Positions 40,268-50,236 of a stretch of 64,000 nucleotides of DNA are shown here, in pieces; positions within the stretch are counted from its first letter, which is position 1, and every line of letters begins with the position of its first letter. A program made the translations under genes and the position numbers. The notes below the pieces were generated by a model. The model had not been told where the DNA came from. It was given only the letters and a program-made list of their open reading frames with translations, and did not search any database. This stretch comes from Geosiphon pyriformis uo1 (taxonomy: Eukaryota; Fungi; Glomeromycota). The DNA lies in the NCBI GenBank assembly GCA_016748015.1, contig JAAOMT010000617.1:752635-816634 (forward strand). The letters are read 5' to 3'.

Positions 40268-41824
40268 TTATCACATATATTAGCCACTGATGTCATATAA
40301 ATTAGCCACTCTATTTTTAGAAAGTAATCATTGACCTGATCAATGACTGACCATTGATCTGATCATTGACCTAATTATTGACCTAATCAATGACCTGATC
40401 ATTGACCTGATCATTGACCTGACCATTGACTTGATTATTGACCACTTTTGATAGCTATATAAGTAATGAATCTTTTAGCTGTAGAAATGCATATCAGAAA
40501 TCAAGAAAATCAAATAAATAAAATAATAACTTTCATCTTAATCATTTTCTTATCACTAATTTCTCTTTCTCTACTTTCAAGTATCTGAACATCTTAAAGA
40601 TAAAAAATCACTTGTTGGTTATTCTTTATTTTTTTCCTGAAACATATAAGTATAATATTTAAAGATTATTGAATAAAATGTGATTAAAGAGCACATCTAA
40701 TACTTGATATTGAATTCTAAGAGTGCTGATGTGAGGCATAGAATTATACCAAGTATAATCATTTGTTGACAGTATGGACTATCCCTCTACCTTCAGATTC
40801 CCTAATTATCTTTTGAAAAGCATAGTAATTGAGATATTTTATGAGACTGATCTCACACATTGAATCCATACTCATTCAATTTGCTCTTTGAAGTTGAATT
40901 CTCTTTGATTCCTTTTATCACCCTACAATCTTGTTCTTTCTTGCTATTCGTTGTTACAGGGAATTATTTCTGCTATTGAAGTAAATAACAACCCGTAACT
41001 TGGTGCTCAAAAACTACTTCCATTAATGATGTTCTAAAGGTGTGGTATCTGAAGATTTTGATGGAGTCCTTTGTATAATGGACAGAGATTCAATAGTGTT
41101 GATAGTAGATGTATCTTTTTAAGAGTTTTCCCAATTTCTTTCTCAGCGTGGTGGCCAGATTTAGTCTGGCAGTCATGCTCTTCTGGTAAGCTATCCGATA
41201 ATATATAAAATCCTATCCTTATTTCTGGGTCTTTTACCAGGCTATTTTTGACATCAATAACTCAGCACTTAATCCTTTTACTCAATTAGTAAACAACAAA
41301 AAAAAATAAAATAAAGAAAAATAAAAGAAAATAAAGAAAGAAAAGAAATAAGCCCAGGTGGTTTGGCAAATTAGTATTCCATCAATAGCCGTGATCAAAA
41401 GCTATTGTTCCAGTGTGGTTAAGTATCAATTACTATCAACATGAAGTGTTGATAGTGAAGAGTGAATTGAGATATGGAATAATTATTTATTTGATGATTT
41501 TGTTTCTTGCTATGGATTCTGTGGTATCGATTCTGTCTTTTCTGTTTCTAATACTACCGCTATATATACATAATTAAGATTCCTCAATTCCTCAATTCTT
41601 CACGACAGGAATCCTGGAATTCCTGGAATCCTGTGATTTCTTTGAGAGGAATCCTAGAATTCTGGAATCCTGCAATTCCTCATTGGGAAATCCTGAAATT
41701 CCTGGAATCCTGCAATTCTTGAGAGAAATCCTGAAATTCCATATTTACTATGCTTATTTCTGATTGGCTAATAATTATGCTAATATATTTTTTATATTTC
41801 TATGAGTAACATTATTCCCTCCTT

Positions 41825-42454
41825 TTAATATTGAGCTCCGTCGAAATCCAACTCATATAATTCCCCCTCTTGAAGTATTTCTTGGATTTTGTTTTCGAGA
41901 ATTACTTGTGTTATTTGGGTCTGTAATTCTTCAAATTGAGCATTGGTGATTTTTCTCTATTGATTACTGGTAATCATATCCATTGCTTTATTGAGCAATA
42001 TTTCTGGTTTATTCTGAAATGCTGTGTGTATTCAGTATATGGCTTGGACTTGTGTAGATAAGTTGTTTTTTCTCACAAAATGTTCTAATTGTTGTAGTAT
42101 TCTTTTGTCAAATAATTGCTTTGTTTTATTCATATATAGATTCTGGATATTTATGTGTTGTCCCAAGTAAAAATAACAATAGTTTCTTGGAAATTGTTGT
42201 ATCCACCAATTCCAAGTTTCTTTAGTCAACTTTTGATATAGTGACTCTTTTGTCAATTTTTTTATTGCTAATTTTACTTTTACCATAATTTTGTCCACTG
42301 TATTTTCAGTTTTCTTTGGTGTTCTGAGTTGCAATGTCTTTTTAGTATCTTGATATTGAATGGTTTATTGATTGATTGTAATCTCCATTTCCTGGTATTG
42401 GATTAATTGAAAGAATTGTTGTGCTAGTGTGTGGATGTTGTCTGTAATTTCCAT
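41825..42454 (-). pseudogene. B2 accessory ORF3 (~210 aa, unknown function)
   Basis: MEITDNIHTLAQQ..; includes ORF 42032..42334; ends DFDGAQY* at the PPT. Homologous regions exist in B1, B3 and B4. Confidence 0.75.
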
Positions 42455-42508
42455 TTTTCTGATATTTCTTGTCATGTCTACCATGTCTTTATATATTCTT
42501 TTGATTGA

Positions 42509-43891
42509 TCAATTTAACGTGTTGTTGTCAATAATAATGATTGGTTCCAGATCTCATAGAATCTCATCTGGTCAGACTAGTATTCTCTGTACTCCTAATT
42601 GTGGAATATTACTGGTAGATAGTAATATGATGTCGCGATATAGCTTCAGTCAATCTCCATGTGCTGCTTTGATTAAAATTTTGTTATCCAATCTCAATTT
42701 GTAAGCTCCATTTTCTCGAATTTCTTCTATGTGAAATGGTCCGTCCCATTTGGAGTTGAATTTTCCACTCTATTGTTTTTCTGCTTTGGTATGATGTAGT
42801 AATACTTTGTCTCCAATCTTGAATTCAATTGGTTTGTCTGGTAGTTGACTATTGTGTCTTTTTTTCTGTTTTTCTTGTAACTTTTGAATATTATTAGCTG
42901 CTCTTCTTCGTTTGTTTTCCAATGTTTCCATTAAGTCATATGTTCTTTTCAGCAATGTTTCTTGAAAATTTTCTTCTGTTATTGGTTCAGCTGGATATGT
43001 ATTAATTTCTCTCTCTACTGGTAATGTTGTTGTTCTCCCATATACTAATTCAAATGATGTTGCTTGTGTAGTATCTTGTTTTATTGTCCAATAAGCAAAT
43101 AGTACTAATGGTATGAACAAATCCCAATTGTTCTGGTTTTTTTGGCTGAGCTTAGCTATTGCTTCACACAGTGTTCTATTGAATCTTTCTACTAATCCAT
43201 TGGTTTGTGGATGGTATGGTGATAATAATAGTCTCTTGATTCCGAATCTTTGGCTCAATTCTGTTAATGTTCTGTTTACAAAATGAGTTCCTTGGTCTGA
43301 TAATAATTCTTTTGGACATCTATGTCAACAAATCAAATCCTGATGAACGAATTTGGCAACGGATTCTGCATCTGCTCTTTGAATTGCTTTTGTCTCTGGC
43401 CATTTAGTGAGATAGTCCATAGCTACTGCTATGTATTTGTTTCCTCTGCTGGTAATTGTTAATGGTCTGACTAAATCAATTCCAATACAGTCAAATGGTT
43501 GTCCCACTTTGATTGGTTTTAATGGTTCACTGGGTCTTGTTTCTTCTCTTTGCTGACAAACATCACAATTTTAAACATATTGAATGACGTCTGGGTACAT
43601 TAATGGCCAATAGTATCTCTTTCTGGTTCTTTTCATGGTTGCTTTTTTGTGAAAATATCCTGCTGTTGGATTTGAGTGCATGTTGAATAATATTGTCTCT
43701 TTTTCTGGCTCCATAATTACTCTGATTGGTTGATCTGGATCCCTTCTATTTTTCTGATAAAGTATATTTTGGTAAGTGATAAAATATTTTGATTGTTGTT
43801 TGATACTCTTTCGTTCCATTTGAGATAAATTCTCTTTGAACTGTTAAGTGTTTATATAATATTGCAATTGTTAATATTTTTGTATGTTCAT
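42509..43891 (-). pseudogene. B2 integrase
   Basis: Starts MNIQKY; HSNPTAG(H)F..CDVC, IGIDLV, YHPQTNGLVERFN, WDGPF; no chromodomain. Confidence 0.9.
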
Positions 43892-43930
43892 CTTTTTGTT
43901 GTATTTTTTGTTGGTATTGTTCTGGTTTTG

Positions 43931-46900
43931 TTATATTTTTGGGTTGAAATGTTCTTAGATTTGTCTCATTCACAATAAACTGTCCACATTTTCATTGTCT
44001 TTTCCTTTTTTATAATGTATAGTATACTTATATGGTGCAAGTGCCATTTTCCATCTTGACTGTCTTCCATCTTCAAATTCTTGTTTTTGAAGCAATGTTA
44101 ATCTTTTGTGATCTGTGTACATTTCAAACTTCTGGCTCAAATATTCTTTCCACTTTATGACTGACCAGTATATTGCTAAGTGTTCTTTTTCTGGTGTTCC
44201 ATAGTTCTTTTTGGCTGGTGTTAAATCTCTGCTGGCATATGCCACTGGATGTTTTCTGCCGTCTGGTCCTCTCTAAGATAGTACTCCTCCTAATGCCTAG
44301 CCGGATACATCTGTGGTGATAATGAATAGTTAGCTGTAATCTGAATAGATCAGTACTGGAGCTTGTATAAGCTTTCTTTTTAGAATATCAAAAGCTTCTT
44401 GTTGACTTTCAGTCTATTCATATTTTGTATCTTTGTTTTGCAGTTGGTTGAGTGGCTGTGCTATCTTGGAAAAGTTCTTGATAAAATGTCAATAGTAGCT
44501 GGCAAATCTCAAGAATGATTTCAGTTTTGTTATATTGGTTGGCACTGAAAAGTTCTTTACTATCTCTATTTTCTCCAGATCCGTTTTGATGCCATCTTTG
44601 CTGACTATGTGTCCTAAGAATTTTAGTTTTGTCTTACCAAAGAAGCATTTTGTTGCATTTAACTTTAGTTCTACTCTTCTTAGTCTTTCGAACACTTGTT
44701 GAAGATGATGAAGATGATCATCAAATGTTTTTGAGAATACATTGGTGTCATCCAAGTATACAACTACTGATTTCCACAATAAGCCAGTATAAACAATTTC
44801 TATTAGCCATTGGAAAGTTGCTGGGGCATTGATTAAGCTGAATGGCATTACTTCAAATTCAAAATTCCCTTTTCTAATAATAAATGTCATCTTCTCTTTG
44901 TCAGCTGGATTCATGGCTACTTGCCAGTAACCACTGTTCAAATCTAATGTTGAGAATTATTTGTTCCCACTGAAAGCATTGAATAATTTCTGTATTCATG
45001 AAGTTGGATAACTGTCTCTACGAGTTACACCATTGAGTTTCCTATAGTCTACACAAAACCGGATTTTTTCATTCTTCTTATGAACGAGTACCACTGGTGA
45101 CGACCATGGGCTTATTGATGGTTGAATTAGCCTATTGTCAAGCATTCTGTTTATCTCTTGATGAATGATCTCGTGGCTAACTGGCAGCACTCTGTATGCT
45201 CTTTGTTTAATTGGCATTGCATCTTCAGTCTTGATCTGATGCTGGATGATGTCAGTTCGGCCAAACTTATTTTCGCTGGCAAAGATGTCATTGAAATTGT
45301 TGAGTAACATCTTGAGCTGCATACATTGAAGTGGATCTAAGTTTCCCATGTTCATTTGTTCCAATTGTTTTGGTTGGAACAAATAACATTCATCTCGTTC
45401 ATAGATTGTTTATGAGGTAATGTTAACATATCCACAAAGTTGTGGAAAGTCTGAAATGAGATTTGGTGGTTGGTCTTCTATTTCTGTGGTTAAATATCTG
45501 ATGGTGATTCCTTCTGATATGTTGATGACATTGCCAGTGTTGTTGTAGATGGGAATTTTTATGCTGCTATAGCTTTTGGCTGGTATGTGAAGATTGATCA
45601 ACCCAATCTCTCCTGATTCACAAAGGTTTACTTCAGCTTCAAAAATTTGTTTTTGCTCCTTTTCTTTCCTTCCTATTGCTAGCATGTACTGGCTATATGG
45701 TGGAATAGAAATAGTTTGACCAGTTAAAATAATTTCTCCTTGGCCAACAATTTTTTCCTCTGCCATATTAACTGATACATCTATTCTACCCATTGATCTA
45801 AATTCTTGTATTCTTTTTGCTGTTATTCCTAATTCCTCTCTTATTCCTACTGACACTAACTGAGTTACTCTAACCAGAGGCAGGAATATTGCCTGTGCTA
45901 TCTTTTCATTGGGCTCTATTATATAGGTCTTTTCTGAGTCATTTTGTAGTATGACGATGATATTTCTTACATATCCTGCATTAATTATTCCTCTTCTTAT
46001 ATTGATCCCTCTTTTCACTAAACTACTCCTAGATGCTAATTGAACCATTGTTGTTGCCAGAATTTTTAGTGCTATTTTCAGATCAATGCAGGTGCGTAAA
46101 TGCAGTTCCAATTTGATGGCATCTTTTTCTGGATATCTCAGATCAAACCCTGCATCCGTATCATGCGCACATTCTGGCATAATACCTTCTCCATTGTTAC
46201 TATACCATTTCAACTCTTGTTCCTTGGAGAGATCTGGTAATGCAATGTATTGTTCATAGTTTAAATTGGAGTTTGAATCTGAGTTGGAATCAGTATTGTT
46301 GTTGTTGCCATATTGAATGGAGCTAGAACCAGTGTTTTCATTATCATTGTTGTCGGAGTTTGAATTGGGATTGAAAATTGATTCTGATTCAGATGCACAT
46401 CTGCTGATTGGTTTTTCCTCTTCAGGGATTGTATAGATTATGCATGGTGGTGGATTGTAAATGAGGTCACACTCATCACAATACTGGAAGTCATAGGGAA
46501 TTAGGCAGTGTTGACATAGTCGAGCATTTAACTGCTCTAACCATTGTTCTTGTTCTTTTCTTGTGGGTGCTAATTCTTGGTAGTGTTTGTGAAATTGTTC
46601 TGGATCCAGAAGATTTATGATGGGTTCTGTGTCCCAGTCAAGCTCTAAAGATTCTGGGGGGTTGTCTTTGATCATTTTTATTTCCTCAGGTGACACCCCT
46701 TTGATTTTGGCGAGTGCCATTCACCAAATTTTGTTGTCGTCATGTGGACAATAGTCCAGTTGCTGTATGGCTCTTCTCCAGGCTGCTTTTATTGGGGTTC
46801 CTTTCCTTATCCAGTTACTTATTAGAATTGTGTATTGACACGATACATCACACGTTCCTTCATGTCCTGAGATGTCATTCCACATCCCTTCATTTAGGAG

Positions 46901-49900
46901 AGTTTCTCTACAGGCTATACATAGTGTATTATCTCATTTTCCCATTTGTTTTGGTCTTCCAAAATGTTTGATATGGCATGCACAGCAATAGAACTTGGTT
47001 GCCGTCTAATATTCTTTGTCGTTATTACAGCATGCGCCTATTGATGACAATTTCTTGCCGCAATTAATGCATATCAGTTTGGGTTGGCAATAAGTCAATA
47101 GTTGTTGTTAACCATAGGTGTATGGGATATAAGTGTTGTTGGCTTGAGTGTTTTCTTCCTTTCTCTCTTTCCCTTTTCCCTTTTCTTCTTTGTTTTCTTT
47201 CCATTCCCAGCTTGAAGTTGGTTTGCTCTCGTTGTTATTGGTCTAGGTCAAGTCATCAGTTTTCCAGGTAAGTTCTTCCTTTTGTTTCCCTTTTCCATTG
47301 TTGTTGTCATCCCAGGAGAGTATTGGCGGCAGTTTGTTGTGCTTTTCATCAGCCCATAACACTTGGTAGGCTTCCCAGGTAGGTTTCTCTTTCTCCTCCT
47401 CCAGTTCGATCAATAGTTTCTCTCTTGGAGGAGTCTTGAAGTGGCCACACGTGGCCAGTACACATATGTGTTGGCCCTGATATGTTAGCTGAAGTTCCTG
47501 GGTGTTCCAGTCTAACATCACGTTGACTTTGGATACCCAGTCATTACCAACGAGAGCTTGATATTGAGTGGCTTTCATCACTAGAACTTTAATGGAAGTC
47601 ATGATGCTATTGACTTTGAAAGGAAAGTTGTCAATTTCACCAATTGGAGTTTTGGTCACTCCATTGGCTGTAATAATTCTGGTGCTGGCAGCTCAATCAA
47701 CTTGGTGACCTAATTGTTCCATGAGTTGTCATGTGATGATACTGTCTGCTGAACTGCTGTTAAGGATCAATTTGATGAATTGTCCCTTGACTTTGACATC
47801 AGTGTATATTGTGGTGATTGGTTTGGCTTTAAGAGTGGCTCCACTAAATAATGGCGTTGCAGCTGTTTTCTCAAATTTGAATGGGAAAATAGCAGCCAAG
47901 AACTTGTCTTTGGTGATGGTAGCAGGTGGAATATTATTGATGAGTGGTTGTTTTTGGGCGAATACCGGGTTATTGGTTGAGGCGTCTTCTGAAGTGACCA
48001 GGAGACTTAAATAGTTCTGGGAATTTGGGTTTTGGGCTTGACCAGTATCTGAATTCCACTGGCATAATCCAGATAATTGCTGTAAAAAATTGGGAATTGG
48101 TTGATAGACTACCATTGCCAATCTCCAGCTCTGTTGAGTTATTCTCGGTCTTTGGGTTCCGTTGGGTGGTAAGCTTTGGGGTGGTGTTTGGATTTGTTGG
48201 GGTTGATAGATTATTTGTGGCTGCAGTTGTTGATAAATCACTTGTGGCTGTGGTTGATAGATTGGAGCTTAGTATACCGGAGACTAATAGATGGATGACT
48301 GCATCACTAGTAAGTAAGTGGGTTGGTTTTGATTTGGGTATTGATTCGGAGTTTGGAATTGGTGATCAGGGTTTCAATATTGGTTTCCTGATCATTGGTT
48401 ATTTAAACGCTGGTAACAGTCAATTTGAATGTGTCCTTGTTTACCACAATAGTGGCAGATATGCATTTCTTGTTGCCACCATTGATTGGTCGATGAAGAT
48501 GGACATGACTGATTTTGGGCACGATTAGAGTTTCCTTGATTATTGCGTCATTGTGGAGGCTGATAAATAGTGTAATTGTTAGCTAAGTATCCTTTCAATT
48601 TCTTATTAATTGATTCACTGAACTTTTCCAATTTGGAATCTAATTCAGATGATCCGTTTATTACTAGATTAATGGCTTGGACGTGGTTAGTCTTTAACTC
48701 AGCGGATTCAAAATCTCTGGCACGTATAACTGTGTCTTGAAGGATACCTGAATGCAATGGACATATATGTTGCAAGATACTGCTGCACAGGCCATGGATA
48801 AACTGATTGAGTATTTGTGGTGCTGTGAAATAGTTGGCGTCAATTGCTTGAATTTGGCATAGGTTTCGATGGAAGCGTCCCAGGTAAGTGGTAACTGCTT
48901 CAGTTTCTCCTTGTTTCATGGTGGTGAATGTATTGACTAGGCAATTGATGCTGTTATTGTTGCTGAAGTATCTTAGGAATTCCACTTTGAAGGCATTAAA
49001 ATCTTGTGATTTATTAATCAAGCTCTAATACCATGAATTGGTGGTATCCTTAAGAAAGTAGGGAATGGCTTGCATTGCTCAAACATTATTTCATCCATTG
49101 GCTGCGATGGCCTTTTCTACATTATTTAGCCATACTTGAGCATTATCCTCTTTGCCAGTAAAGTTGTCAAGTTTTGCAATTGGTGTGTAGGCCATTGGAT
49201 CTAAGTTAAGTGGTTGTGGTGGCTGTTGAAGCAGTTGTTGTTATACTGGTTGTTGGGGTGGTAGTTGAAGTAGCTGCTGTATGGGTTCGGCTATGGAATT
49301 AATCGGCAGTTGATTGATGACAATTACCAGAGGTAAGTTTTGCTGATTAATTAATTCAGGGTTTGGATTGTTCTGCCTTTGATGATTCAGAGTTTCGATT
49401 TCCGAATTTTCTAGATCTGGATTTTGCTGAGTTTGAAAATTCAGGGTTTCAACTTCCAAGTTTTCAATGATCAGGTGCTGGTAAGTGAATTCTTGATTCT
49501 CTGATTCTTCTTCCTCTTTTTCTGATTCTGTTGCTTCCCATGGATCAGAGATTCCGAAATCTGGTGGAGGCAGTAGTGATCAAAGTCCTGATGGGGTTGA
49601 TGATCACGAATTAAATCCCTCAAAGTATTCGCCATATAGTCCTAACAATTCTGTTTTCTTTTGTCTACTTTGGAATGAAAATTGTCCAAATACTAATATC
49701 ACAGTTGATGGGAACGTGTTTGTTGATAATATGTTAATGGTGCTTCCAGGTGTATAGTAGTAGGATGGGTTGCTTGGGGATTCAACTCTGTTTTTCTTCC
49801 AAACAGGCAGCTGTATTTTTCTGGGTGTTACTGCTAGTGTTTGTAATTTTCCCTTGCCTTTACTAGTGCATGTAATTGGATATTTTTGTTGAGTGTGATG

Positions 49901-50176
49901 TTCAATTTCTTTGTTGATCTCAGTGATGATGGATGCAAAATTATGATTTGTTGGTAGGTTGGTGTTTTGAATTAATTCCTTATAGAAAGTTTCTCTTGCT
50001 GATTCAGTATTCACTAGTGTTCCTAATAAAAAAAAAATTTTTTTGTTGACGTAGAAATTGAAGGCTGATTCGGCAAATATATGATTGTGGTTTAATCCCA
50101 AGTATTGACAATAGTATTGAAATAAGGATTTTGTGAATCCTAAATGGTTTGCTCCTATATTTTCTGATTCTGCCAC
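43931..50176 (-). pseudogene. B2 gag-pol in one frame: gag, CCHC knuckle, protease, Cys-rich region, dUTPase, RT, RNase H
   Basis: All gag-pol ORF-track fragments from 50176 to 43970 share one frame. Motifs: CHYCGKQGHIQI, LILNSS (DSG), AGFDL, FCVDYRKLN, VYLDD, AYASR, YTDH. Confidence 0.92.
45790..46190 (-). pseudogene. dut: dUTPase domain within B2 pol
   Basis: Five dUTPase motifs in order: AGFDL, ASRSSL, GIINAGY, KIAQAIF, RIQEFRSMG (= RG..GFGSTG after reverting G>A). Confidence 0.9.
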
Positions 50177-50220
50177 TTTTGGTTTGGTGTTGTCGGTGCT
50201 GGTTCTCTGTAGGATTATAT

Positions 50221-50236
50221 CTCACAGGGAGCACCA
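50221..50236 (-). promoter_or_regulatory. Primer-binding site TGGTGCTCCCTGTGAG, shared by families A and B; candidate tRNA-Ile(UAU) primer
   Basis: Starts with TGG just inside the 5' LTR in A1, A2, A3, B1 and B2. The tRNA assignment rests on recalled similarity to eukaryotic tRNA-Ile(UAU) 3' ends and is unverified. Confidence 0.8.

Noticed and set aside
48025-48528. Antisense ORFs (also 30529-30936, 22805-23065, 60296-60619 and similar)
   Set aside because: Shadow frames of TE coding strands; not conserved as open frames between copies.
20789-50176. Alternative genetic code (TAA/TAG = Gln, TGA = Trp/Arg)
   Set aside because: Stop positions mostly differ between paralogous copies and accompany missense transitions everywhere, so they are mutations.
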